Assembly: GCA_001643675.2 (NCBI GenBank)
Contig: LSRY02000014.1
Location: forward strand, 744,001-808,000
Length of the DNA stretch: 64,000 nt
Direction of reading: 5' to 3'
DNA from: Monocercomonoides exilis PA203
Lineage: Eukaryota > Protista > Preaxostyla
Position 1 is the stretch's first letter. Each line of letters starts with the position of its first letter. The translations under genes were made by a program, and so were the position numbers. Below are positions 38,089 through 53,200 of this stretch, one piece after another. The notes beneath the pieces were generated by a model. It was given only the letters and a program-made list of their open reading frames with translations. It searched no databases and was not told where the DNA came from.

Positions 38089-39851
38089 GTGCGTGAAGAA
38101 TACTTTCCAATAAAAATCACAAAAATTCAAAAATTAAGTTTTAAATTTCTTGGATTCACCAAATTTGAGAATATGAATGATGCCATTAACGCAGCTACAC
38201 ATATTACAGAAGGTAAGCTACCTTTACAATTGAAAAAGTTTTTGGAAGTTGAGGTGAAACAACATCATCTTGGTTGCATTCTTGGAGTTGCAGATCTCAG
38301 AATTGGAAGCTCTATTAGGAAAAAGCATGAAATCAAATACGTTTTTTATAATAATTTGTGGAGCTTATGAAGCTACTGAGAGGAGAGTTGGAAAAAGTTG
38401 TAAGTTCAGATGATCTGCGCAAAATGTCAATTGGTTTATCCCATTCCCTTTCCAGATTCAAGTTGAAGTTCTCACTAGAAAAAATTGATGTGATGATTGT
38501 GCAAGCTATCAGTTTGTTTTATCAATAGAATGACAATGTTTACAAAACTTCAAAATATTCAAAAATTGTATTTATTTTATTCACAGGTCTGCTGGACGAT
38601 ATTGACAAAGAAATCAATACACACACAATGCGCGTTCGTTTTGTGACTTGACATATGCGAAAAATGAAAGTTATTATCTTTATTTTAATAAGTGAATGGT
38701 ACGAATGGCATTTACCTGAACTTAGCAAGAAAAAAGAAAGCAACATCTTCTATTCTCAAAAAGTGAAAAAAATGGTATGACTATTCAACAATTTTATTAA
38801 TGTTTCGAGAGATATTTTCTTTATAACTTTAATCACAGATAAAAGATTTATGACTTGTCAATAGAATTTGGAGATATTCTTTCAGAAGAAATTGAAACAA
38901 AGATGGAAGAGGCAGCCCATGTTTCAATGGGAGAAGCTGTGCGTGAAAATGATATTGCAAACATCAAAGCTTTATGTGAGCAAGTGATTGATCTTTATGC
39001 ATCTCACCGGCAACTTTAACTATCTTCACAACAGAATGACTGCCATTGCCCCAAATCACACTCTTCTTTCAGGAGATCTTGTCGGAGCAAAGTTGATCGC
39101 AAACTCAGGAACACTTCTCTCATTTGCAAAGCATCCTTCTTCTACTGTTCAGATTCTTGGGACCGAAAAAGCATGTTTCAGAGCACTGAAGACTGCACAC
39201 GCCACTCCAAAATATGGTCTTATCTATAGAGGTTTGTACGAAATTGATGAATTTACATGATATTCACATCTTATTTCATTTTATTATGAAACATTTCATT
39301 TTAATTTTTATTTTCATTCGAATGAATCACCATTGTCCAAAAATATGTTCAGCATCTATTGTTGGAAAGACCTCAGCCAAGAACAAAGGAAAGATGTCAC
39401 GCATTCTTGCAAACAAGCTTTCACTTACAGCGCGTGTGGGTGCACTTGGAGAAGCACCTGCATCAGGCGAGACAGGAGATGACACATCATTTGGACAGCA
39501 CTGCCTCGAAAAAGTGGAGAGAAGGCAGGAGCAGATTGATGGAATTGCACCTTCTCCCATTTTCCCAAAGAAGGAGAATATCGAAAAAGCACCACAATAT
39601 GCGTATGTCGATCACTTTTAATGTTTTTGCACTGTATTAATTTGATTTTAACTATTTTGCACTCTTGTTCCCATTAAATGCTATACAATGAAAAATAATG
39701 AAATAGTCCTCAACCGTCATGCAACGCATCAACCGACGCAGTTGCAGCTTCATCTACAGATGAAAAAGCAGAAAAAGACGAGATGAAAGAGAAAAAAGAG
39801 AAAAAGGAAAAGGAAAAGGAAAAGGAAAAGGAAAAGGAAGAAGAAAGCTGA
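38089..39851 (+). pseudogene. NOP58: Degenerate Nop58 (box C/D snoRNP) copy that retains introns
   Basis: [96 protein letters not shown] and a KE-rich tail. Frameshifts near 38358 and 39016, a damaged donor near 38638, and no recognisable N-terminus. Confidence 0.75.
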
Positions 39852-40579
39852 ACACTTAAAATGAAAAACAAGTTGTTTTTTAAAGATAGTTTTTTTTTTT
39901 TACAAGCAGAATCCTTTTGAGACGGAATTCAAACGAGGCATTTACATCTTCAAGAAAAATTCCTTTTGTATTCTGAGCTTGTGGTTTTTTTTATGACCAT
40001 TCTCGACGATTGGAAGCAGCACAAATTCTATTTGCGAGGATTAACAGAACTTCATTGTGATTTGTTGAAGTTATTTTATTAGCCTTGCATCATCACCATA
40101 TCACTTTTGCCAAAAATCTATCAAAATGTTAACATAAAAGCAATTGCTATTAATTGCAAACTTTAATCTTTGGAGAGAGAATAAGTTATAGAACAAGACG
40201 AAAAACAGAATCGAAAGTTGTGGAAAATAAAAATAAGAATGGAGAAAAGCGAATTGCAAACGAAAAAATAAAATAAAATAAAAACACATTTTTGAAATGA
40301 ATTGTGAGCATGAAGAATTCATTGAAAATATCACAATAAAGAAAGAAGAGTCGACATGAGGCGTTTGATAACATAATTCAACAGATTGTGCAGTGTTAGA
40401 AGAGAAAACGAGCGTTTTGAGAAGCACAAAGATAAGTCAAAAAAGAAAAACCTTCCAAAAAAAAGTATTCGAAAGAAATATCATTTCATATAAAACATCA
40501 TCATTGTGTCAACAGTTATAAAAAGAAGCACTTCAACAATCTCTCTGCTTTATTTTGCTTTCACGCATCCTCCAAGACT

Positions 40580-43516
<2,937 letters not shown>

Positions 43517-43769
43517 GAAAAATCAATAATGATCAAAACAATGATCATTCATCACCGTTATTTTTTACTAAAATTATTTTTATCTGAATAAATAAAAATT
43601 AAAAACATACAAAGACACTTGAAATTTTTTAAATAATAAAAAAACGATGAAATATGTTTTATGTTCAAAAACAAAAAAAATATGGTGTATTGATTAATTA
43701 GGAAGTGATAGAAACACACAACTTCAAACCATTTAACGGTTAAAAGTCGGTAACAACTTTTTGTAAGAA

Positions 43770-45128
43770 ATGCGTGAAGTTATCTCAATTCATATTGGAC
43801 AGGCCGGTATCCAAACTGGAAATGCTTGCTGGGAATTGTATTGCTTGGAGCACGGAATTCAGCCCGATGGACAGATGCCATCAGACAAAACCATCGGAGG
43901 AGGAGATGATGCCTTCAACACATTCTTCTCTGAGACTGGTGCAGGCAAACACGTTCCTCGTGCAGTGTTCATTGATCTCGAACCAACTGTTGCTGATGAA
44001 GTGAGATCAGGAACATACAGAGAGTTGTTCCACCCAGAACAGATCATCTCTGGAAAAGAGGATGCAGCCAACAACTATGCTCGTGGACATTACACAATTG
44101 GTAAGGAAATTGTTGACTTGTGCCTCGACAGAATCCGTAAACTTGCTGACCAGTGCACAGGTCTTCAGGGATTCTTGGTGTTCAGCTCAGTTGGTGGAGG
44201 AACTGGTGCTGGTTTGGGATCATTGTTGCTTGAACGTCTGTCTGTTGACTACGGCCGCAAATCAAAATTGTCATTCACTGTTTACCCAAGCCCACAAATC
44301 TCCAACGCATGCGTTGAACCATACAACGCAGTTCTTTCAACTCATTCCCTTTTGAACCACACTGAAGTGTGCGTCATGCTCGACAACGAAGCAATCTATG
44401 ATATCTGCCGTCGTTCCCTCGATATCGAGCGCCCAACATACACCAACTTGAACAGATTGATCGCACAAGTCATCTCATCATTGACTGCATCACTCCGTTT
44501 CGATGGTGCTTTGAATGTTGATCTCACTGAATTCCAGACCAACTTGGTGCCATATCCACGTATCCACTTTATGCTTTCATCATATGCTCCTGTTGTTACT
44601 CCAGAAAAGGCATATCATGAACAATTGTCAGTTGCAGAAATCACAAACTCAGCATTCGAGCCAGCAAACATGATGGCAAAATGCGATCCAAGACATGGAA
44701 AATACATGGCTTGCTGCATGATGTATCGTGGTGATGTTGTTCCAAAGGATGTCAACGCAGCTGTTGCAACCATCAAGACAAAGAGAACAATTCAATTTGT
44801 CGACTGGTGCCCAACTGGATTCAAATGCGGTATTAACTATCAACCACCAACAGTTGTTCCAGGAGGAGATTTGGCTAAAGTCCAAAGAGCTGTTTGCATG
44901 ATCTCCAACTCAACAGCCATTGCTGAGGTGTTCTCAAGAATCGATCACAAATTCGATCTTATGTACGCCAAGAGAGCCTTCGTCCACTGGTACGTCGGAG
45001 AAGGTATGGAAGAAGGAGAATTCTCAGAAGCCAGAGAAGATCTTGCTGCTCTTGAGAAAGATTACGAAGAAGTTGGTGCTGAATCAGGTGAAGACGAGGA
45101 AGAAGGTGAAGGAGGAGAAGAGTACTAA
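43770..45128 (+). CDS. TUBA: Alpha-tubulin, intronless
   Basis: [13 protein letters not shown], acetylatable K40 (DKTIGGGDD), GGGTGAG loop, C-terminal EEY. Confidence 0.99.
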   Translation: MREVISIHIGQAGIQTGNACWELYCLEHGIQPDGQMPSDKTIGGGDDAFNTFFSETGAGKHVPRAVFIDLEPTVADEVRSGTYRELFHPEQIISGKEDAANNYARGHYTIGKEIVDLCLDRIRKLADQCTGLQGFLVFSSVGGGTGAGLGSLLLERLSVDYGRKSKLSFTVYPSPQISNACVEPYNAVLSTHSLLNHTEVCVMLDNEAIYDICRRSLDIERPTYTNLNRLIAQVISSLTASLRFDGALNVDLTEFQTNLVPYPRIHFMLSSYAPVVTPEKAYHEQLSVAEITNSAFEPANMMAKCDPRHGKYMACCMMYRGDVVPKDVNAAVATIKTKRTIQFVDWCPTGFKCGINYQPPTVVPGGDLAKVQRAVCMISNSTAIAEVFSRIDHKFDLMYAKRAFVHWYVGEGMEEGEFSEAREDLAALEKDYEEVGAESGEDEEEGEGGEEY

Positions 45129-45394
45129 GCACACTTTTTTTCAAATGAAAGAGATGAAAGCAGCTGAAGCTTGAGAATGTTGTGGATTTTTCAGTTAATT
45201 AAAGAACTGAAATATGTCTTTATATTAATGTGATTATCTTTTTTTTCTCTCTTCACTCCTCATATCTCTTTCATATTTCATTTTTGGCTTTTTATTGAAT
45301 AAAGTTTTATTTGGATATAAAAAAACAAAAAAATTTTTTTTTGAAATTCTGTGAAAAAAACAGATATCAATACTTCAAAAATTGTTGGAAAAGA

Positions 45395-47362
45395 CTAAGT
45401 TAAAGCTTTTGGAATAATTTCTTCCAATATATGATTAACTTTGTCTACAACCGTCGAACCAAATACTGTTTCTTTGGAGACGTTGTTCATGAAGCAATCT
45501 GTTTGTAGAAGTTTTGCCTCTTGAGTTGTCATTAGAACTGCATTTTGAGCACTAAATGGCTTTGAGCAGTCCCATCTCATTAATACAAGTGATCCCTTCT
45601 TTCTGTTGTCGATGCTCCCTTTTGAAAAGTAATTTTTTTCAGCCTTTCTCTGGTAGGTTGATTCACTTGATGTTTTGCTTTCGGTCATTTCCTGATTGCG
45701 CTTCAAAGAACTCAGAGGAGGTGTAAGGGCAGATTGGCCTCCCCAAACTTTCTGAGATAAAAGAAGTTCTGCAATCTGAGGAGTTAACCACTCAACTTCG
45801 GGAGTCAAATAAAAATTAAATTTTGAAGAAGATGATGATGCAATTGATGAAGACGGTGCTGTTGTTGATTCAGAAGAAAAGGATATTTCTTGTTCTGGTG
45901 TTGCGCTTGAGCAGGCAAGAGAAGTTTCTTTCTCTGATTCCATTGTCTCCTTATTATCTTTAATTTCTTCGTATTCATTCACTTCTGATTTTTGAGAAGC
46001 ATTTTCAGATGCTCTTTTTATCTTCCACTCTTCTCTGTTCTTTGCTTTTTTTTGCATCACAGCAGAAATAGCCTCATTTGATGGTTTAACTCCTGCAACC
46101 CTTGCCAAAGCAACGCAGGTCTGTTTCTCTCTCTCTCTTGAAGACACTGCCAATGATTTTCCTCGATGTCGAGCTGCAAGCATGTTCTCCTGGTGATGCT
46201 CAAATCCTGACAATGCCATCAGAACTTCACCTGCAGCCGTCACGCCAAATATTGTAGGCACCACCATTGTTGATGGAAGTATGCGAACTCTACTTGCCGA
46301 CGTTGGAAGTTCTGAATCTATTGAAGATTTGGTTGAACTGATAGATTCAAGTGGAGTGCATGAAACAAAAGGAGCATCTGCCATAAAGGATTTAACTTTT
46401 TTTGTTGGTTTTGAAGCATTTGTCAATTGATTGTTGGATTCAATTGAATCTGTTTTTCTTTCAGCATTACTATCGTCAAAATCAACTTTTTCATTCAATT
46501 CTTCCTTTTTCCTTTTATGTTCTTCAATCATCTGTTCCTCCATTTCTTTAGATAGATGAGCCAAACCCTCGACAGGAGGTTCAACCGAATAAACGCAAAG
46601 AATTCCTTCATCAATCTCGCGTTTATGAAGTTCTTTCCTCACGTGTGTACTCAAAGGATCGTTACGTGTTGTGCTAATATCACCAACGGTAACATGCGTT
46701 GGATCAACTCGTGTTGCAGCTGCCATGCAAGATATAACAGGGATATTATTTTTCACACAGTATTCTAAAAGTCCAACTTTTGTTTTCACATCGTCAATGC
46801 AATCAATGACGTAATCTGAACCCTTCAAAACTAAATCTCCGTGCTTTTCTGCAACAAAAAACTCTTGTAGAGCAAAAACGTTAAGTAAAGGGTTTATTTG
46901 TTTTATGAATCGAGAAAGAACATCCACTTTAGCCTTCCCAATGTCGGCCCAAGTTGCGCACACATGACCTTAAAAAATGTTGTTGATTTTTTTAATGCAG
47001 AGCGTAATAAATACATATTTTTGGGCAAACGATTCAAAGTTGAAGCTTCAATTGTTTTTGGATCCATCAAACGAAGAAATCCAATTCCAGAACGAGCCTT
47101 TTTTTGGAAAAAAATAAGTTTAAAAAAAGATAATCACAATGTTCACTTTTGTATAAAAGTTTTATCATGCCAAAACATGAACTGCAGCACTTCCTACTCC
47201 GCCAACTGTTAGAATTTATAAAGTTTTATTTCATTCAATCTCAAAATACATACCACCTATAACTGTAACGGTAGCGCGTTGTAATTGCGAAAACTTCTCT
47301 TGTCCAATCAAAAGCAAATTTCTTTCCCACATATCTGTTGGTTCAAAGCTTTTTTTCTCCAT
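45395..47362 (-). CDS. tcdA: tRNA threonylcarbamoyladenosine dehydratase (TcdA/Tcd1-Tcd2; ThiF/E1-like)
   Basis: Spliced N-terminus WERNLLLIG...VTVIG|VGGVGS...ARSGIG...STLNR|H, then DYVIDCIDD..TKV.LL, PVISCMAAATRVDPT and DPLS..VRKEL. Eukaryote-type C-terminus LVLMRWD...NAVLMT..EA. Confidence 0.85.
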
Positions 47363-47440
47363 TTCAATCGTGTAACGAATTTTATAAAGGGATAATCTTT
47401 TAAATAATTAATTATTATAGCTAGTTAATAGATAACCCGG

Positions 47441-47444
<4 letters not shown>

Positions 47445-47485
<41 letters not shown>
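47445..47485 (+). repeat. Poly(T)41 tract
   Basis: Directly visible, immediately inside the left TIR of the decayed transposon. Confidence 0.95.
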
Positions 47486-47487
<2 letters not shown>

Positions 47488-47671
47488 TGTTAACAGTTAT
47501 CAAAATGGATATAATGAAATGTTCTGTGTGAAGAAAAGAAATAAATTAATCAAAAGGGAAAATTCTGCACTTCGAGTAATCAATCAAGTGGGTTTTGTTG
47601 ATTGAAGCTTCGCAACCTTCAATAGGTGATGTTTCACTGAGGCTTTTCAATACAATTTCCGGATTAAAGGG

Positions 47672-48911
47672 TCAAATGCCAGAATCCCTGAAAGATGCAA
47701 CGATAGTGGATGGCTTTAATGCTTCTGATAATGCTTCTTTGAGTATTTTGACGAAGGAAGATCTGTTTGATGCTGCATTGCTTCTCACAAAGTCTGTTTC
47801 AGTGGAGTAAATAATTTTCTTAATGTTTGCATTGACATATTTATCTAATGGCTGGACAATGTGCGAGGTGTGCGAAGGAGGAAACACAATATCGATTCTA
47901 TTTTCCTTTGCCAGTTCCAAAACATCTTTGCTCGTGTGGGTTGTGGCACCGTCCATATGCAGGCATGCAGGAAAGTTAGATAATCCCATTTGTTTTCTTC
48001 TTCTATCAATTGACTCAACTACAACATATTTGAATAGGTCAAAAAATAAAGAAGAATCCGTTCCTTTCTTTGTGGTGGCAGTGAAAACAAAGTTATCGGA
48101 GTTGGCCTGTGCATATTCCTGAGGAAGAAACGTTGAATGGCTGATCACAGAAGTCTTGCAATGCTCCCCGTCAGCAGAAATAAGTAAAAGCAAAGAAATT
48201 GTTGGAGGAAATGGTGCTTCTTGTGAAATTGGGCTGGGACAATCCGGCAGAGTTATTATCTTCGTTGATTCAGTTGTGTCTCTTTTTTATATAAGTTTCA
48301 TCCAGATTAAATATTAATTGTGGAATATATTTTTTCCTCTTATTTAATTCCTCCAAATCTTTAAAAAAAAGGACACAAAATGAGCCTTGTTGAGTGTTCG
48401 ATTCTATTTATTGGAAGTTTTGTCGGCTTTTTTAATGCAGATCCTTTTTTTGGAAATATAAGAATAACCCTACTTTTTGTTCACACAATTTTAATAAACG
48501 TTTTCGTTCTTTTTTGATGAAGAAATGAAACTTACCAATTTAAAATAAAAAAATAATTAAATAATTGAAATTATACAATTCAAACTGCCTTCGTTCATAG
48601 CTTTTCCGTTGTTCCTTTGAGATGGTGATATTTTTATTTATTTGCATTTGAATTCCATCTCGATACTTTTTTCTGATTTTCCAGGGTCTTCCATTTATTC
48701 CAATGTTTCTATGTTCATTTTTCGCCTTAACAGCTCTGTTGTATGCACTCTTCGAAATCAATCCTGCTTTGAACACATCTGATGCTCTGAAACCTTCTTT
48801 TTGGATTATTTTTAGGATTCTTAACTGCCTTGTTGAATACTTTCTATATTCAGACGAAGAAAGAAAAGATATAAATCTACGAAGGTTAAATATCTCTCGT
48901 TGTTTTTTCAT
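47672..48911 (-). pseudogene. Disrupted DDE_1 transposase
   Basis: FNLDET (~48295-48312), then a frameshift, then LHMDGATTH and PPSHTSHIVQPLD (35-residue spacing). Premature TGA in GI*P. N-terminal ISKSAYNRAVKAKNEHRNIGINGRP is homologous to ISNGSWYRGIAAEKQKRQAGVNGRSP of the element at 7190-9692. Confidence 0.8.
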
Positions 48912-50229
48912 TACAACACATAAAGGGTACGATCATTAAGAAAATTTCCCGGGTTGTCAACTTTTTCCCGGGTTATCAACCAACTAGCTGTTGGAATTGA
49001 TGAAAAAAATACACCTCTGTTGCAATTCAAATTGAATAATTCTTTTGAACACAATGTTTTTATTTTTATTTAAAAGAAAAAACAGATTATTAAATAATTC
49101 GTTTTTTTGATGAACAATGTGTCTCAAAAATAAACAAAAAGGAATAAAGAAAAAACAAATTTGTATGAAAGATAGGGTTGATTGATTGCTCAATTTATTT
49201 TTTGAACATTAATAACTCAATGACAAAGTTATTAAAAAATGATAAAGGAACAAATCGATAAGTTTTGATGGGTTATGATCTTATTGTTCAGCATTTTAAT
49301 CCATGTCGCAAACTTTAATCGAAAAGAAATATGTATTATCTTACAAAACTTTTATTGTAATATCAAAAATTTACATGTAATTAAATTAACATGGTTTTCT
49401 GTACAGTTTGAAAGATAATTTGTTATTTTGTATTCCTTCGGATTTGGAAGTGCTATCCAGTTTAGAAAATAACTACATACAAACATTTTTAAATTGTCAT
49501 CAAGATTTTATTTAATATTCAGTCTTCTGCCTTTCTTTATGGACAAATCTGTGAAAAGGTTAAATCATCTATTTTGCTGTTGAGTATGCTTCATTTTCTT
49601 TCAAAAGCAATTTTGTGGAATGAAACTAACAATTCTTATTTGCGGAATTGAAGTTGTTTTAATATTTGCGAAGCGTTGCTACATGCGTGGAAGAATGAAA
49701 TATTGCTTAATTATTGGTGCTTTCACTGATAATCAAGCAGTTGCAAAGATCTTTGCTTTTACAACGAAATGCATGAATAAGGATTTATAACTTCAGAAGA
49801 TTAGCAAATTTGAGGTGTTTTGGAAAGAAAACAATATTGAATAGAATTCAATATAGCAGAATTACTGAGTCACTAAGAGATTATTCAGAAAATGAAGCAC
49901 TAAATATGTTCAACATTTCCTTGAAGAGCAGAAAAGCATTTTTTGAGAAGCGAAAAAATGCCATTTCCCAAATCATATTGATATTTTGAAAGCTTGAATG
50001 GAAAAAAATGAGAGAGAAAGAATGAATAAAATAATAAATTCAACAACTGCAACAAAAGCAATTAAGAATGGAACTGTGGCTGGCGACTGTGGCTTTTAAA
50101 GAAAAAAATAGATACATAATTTTGTTTGATTTGAAGTTCCAAGGAATAATATGGGTCATATTGAATATTGAAATATTCCTGCACATCGTCATTTTCTTCA
50201 AAAAAAGCCAATCGCATCACAGCTCAATA

Positions 50230-53200
50230 ATGAATCTGACATTTATGATTATTGCAAGCTGCTTTGCCATTTTTGGCTCAAAAGAATTGTTGGGCAAAGA
50301 AATAAACCAATTGGATGCAACAGTTATGCTGCAATTACAACAATTCAACAATAATTTCAGAGCGCAGCAAATTCTTCAATTCAGTTCAATTCTCTCGAAT
50401 CTTCAAGTGATGAATTCATCTCTGAGTGCCTCAAATATTTTGCAGTGGCATTTCGAAAGAAAACCATGTTTTTTTGTTTGCAAGAGAGGACATTTAAATA
50501 TCAAAGAATATACGATTTCATTTTCATCGAAAAATAGCCCATTTGCTCTTGATGAAGGAAGCATCCATTCTGCGAATCTTTCTATCTTCACATTCAAGCC
50601 ATTTGCTCATATTCCCAGACTTTTTTGCTCGTCCTTGCCAAAGAACTTCAACAATAGAATTGGAGAAATCTTCCTTTCCGATTCTTCGTTTTCATCATTT
50701 GAACTGATATCAATACCATTTTTAGCACCGAATGTTAGTTGCAATGTGAAAGCATCTCATCTGTTGATGGTAAATATTTCTGTTGCGACAGGAGCACAAA
50801 GAGAAATGGATTTTAGTGCAAGAACAGATACAACGATTGAGGGCAGCTCTTTTTTCAGAGTTTGGGATGTTATTGATGGGGGTATTTTAAGGTCAGTGAA
50901 CAGCCCATGCGCTTCGCTGAGAGCAACAAACTCCTCATTTGAGTGTTGCTTTCGAACGATGAATGTTTATGAATCAGGCGGACGCAATATGACAAGACAG
51001 GAACTGGGAGCAAATGAAACACATGTTTTCACTGATTGTGAATGGTATGATACAGGTTATTCATTTGAAGGAAGTGGAATATTTCTGAATGGAAGTTCGA
51101 CTCTTGAATGTGTCAGATGCTCATTCAAGAATATGACTCATTTTCACGATGGGACTGTTGATGTTCAATCAGCATTAGGTGTGAAAATGATTGAATGCAA
51201 TTTTTCAAATTGTATTGCAGATGATAACACGGGTGGAATGATTGTTTACAAACTAAATGGAGATTTTTTTTTTACCGAATGCATTTTTTGCGAATGCAAA
51301 GCTGTTTCAAGCTTTGCAGGAGGACTTCGCTTGCATCAATCTTCTGGAAGTGGAAGTAATTCAATTGAGAATTGCAAATTTATTCGCAATGAAGCACGAT
51401 CGTTTGGTGGAGGATTATACATGGAAACCCATTCAAATACATTTTTCATCTCAGAATGTGAATTTGACGGAAATGTGGCAAATGGAACAGTTGTTGATTC
51501 TTTTGAAGGAGGAGGTGGGGGTATTTTCTTGAGAACAACAAGTTGGATGGAAACTGAACCACCTCCAAAATTGATATCATTTTGCTTATTCAGTGGAAAC
51601 AAGGCAATAAATGAAGAAGGTCATGATGTCAAAATCAAAAACTCTCTTTTGAAAGGTTCGCCATTTGAGTCATCGTTCTCAACAACCCCCTCAAAGAGAG
51701 TGTTTTATAATGAAAGTCAAATAGATTACGATGCATGGCTTCCAACAATCAAAACAACATATGCCAGAATAGATGGGATTGAAGGTCCAGTCTGTGGGAC
51801 AACACAGACCAATCCGTGCAACACGATTGAACAGGCATACAACATGATTGAGAAAGGAGCAGAGGGAACAGTGAATATTCTTCGATCGACATATCTTTCA
51901 ATATCCCTGTTCATTGGAGGGGGAGATATTTCGTTCAAGGGCGAAAGCGAGAGCGAGTGTGTCATTTCCACAAAATTGTTGAATTCTCATGAATGTTTGT
52001 TCACTCTGGATTCGGGATCGATGGGATTGTCTTTGGTGACAATTCGACACAACAGCGAAGAATCATCATCTTCATTGTTTGCAATGAGAACAGCAGCTCA
52101 GAAACTGACACTGAAGAATGTGATCATATCAGGGGCAGAAGATGGGCAGAGTCACACATTTGATGTTTCACCGTTCAAAGTGATATTTGAGAAAACGAAG
52201 ATGGAAAACTGTTTGATTGAGGATATTGGACTGGGAGATTGCTCATTGTTTGAGGAAGATGAGGATAGTGGAGTTGGGAGAGGGATGCTGGGAAATGTGA
52301 CGATCCAAAGGATCAGTCGGATGAGAGGAAACGGGGCAATATTCAGCACTGAAAGTGAGAGAAGCGATTCATGGGAGCTGGAGAACAACACATTCAAAAA
52401 CTGTGTGTGCAAGGAAGGGAATGGGGCTGTTATTGCTTGGAGTGTTGGTCAAAGCGGGATGTTCAAAATTGGTAGAGGAGAGGTAACAACAGTGATTGGA
52501 GAATGTGGTGCAGAGAAGGGAAGTGGGGAGGAGAAGGGAAGAGGAGGAGGGGTGTATTTGGAGTTGTCATTCCCATCAAGTGTGTTTGAGATTATGAATG
52601 TGGGATTTGAAAATAATCATGCAGAACATGGGGTGAATGTGTTTATAACATCGAATCAGCTGGAGCATATCCCAAAAGAGAGATTTGGATTTGTTTCTCT
52701 TTTGAGTGAAAAAGCACATGAAGTGGAGGGAGCAGGAGATACTAGCAATACAACACTGGTGATTCCGATTGTGTGCTATCTCCTGGATGTTCCAAGGAGT
52801 GGGATCTATGTTTCAGCTTCAGGGGCAGATCATCCTCAATGTGGACACGCATTTTTCGAGTGCAGATCATTGAACTGTCCGATTGAGAGGGAAGAGAACA
52901 CACCAGCAGATGGAACAACAACAGCAACAATCAAAATTGGACATGAAGTTGAGGTTGGTTCGACAGTGATCTTTTCGAAAATGGCAAGGATGATTGAAGG
53001 AACAGAGGATGATGGATCGCTTGTTGTTAAAGGCGAGGCTGCATGCAAAGGAGATGAGGAAGGAAACGTTGGAGTGTTTGTGGTGCTGAAGGAAACAAGG
53101 ATGAGGAAGATTGGGCTGATGATGCCATCTGTTCTTAAGGATCATGAGGCGATATTCCAGTTGAAAGGAGAAACACTGAACTTGAGCGAATGCATTGTTG

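Larger units (their letters stand above)
47420..48988 (-). mobile_element. Decayed pogo-like DD35D transposon
   Basis: Imperfect TIRs GCTAGTTaataGATAACCCGGGAAA (from 47420) versus reverse complement GCTAGTTggttGATAACCCGGGAAA (to 48988). TA on the left, TG on the right. Transposase fragments inside. Confidence 0.8.

Noticed and set aside
38341-38363. 23-nt GT..AG micro-intron that would repair the first Nop58 frameshift
   Set aside because: Far shorter than any other intron here, it would delete residues that align with Nop58, and other lesions remain.
50068-50229. ORF-track start for the receptor gene
   Set aside because: AT-rich, UTR-like sequence. The ATG at 50230 directly precedes a signal-peptide-like segment.
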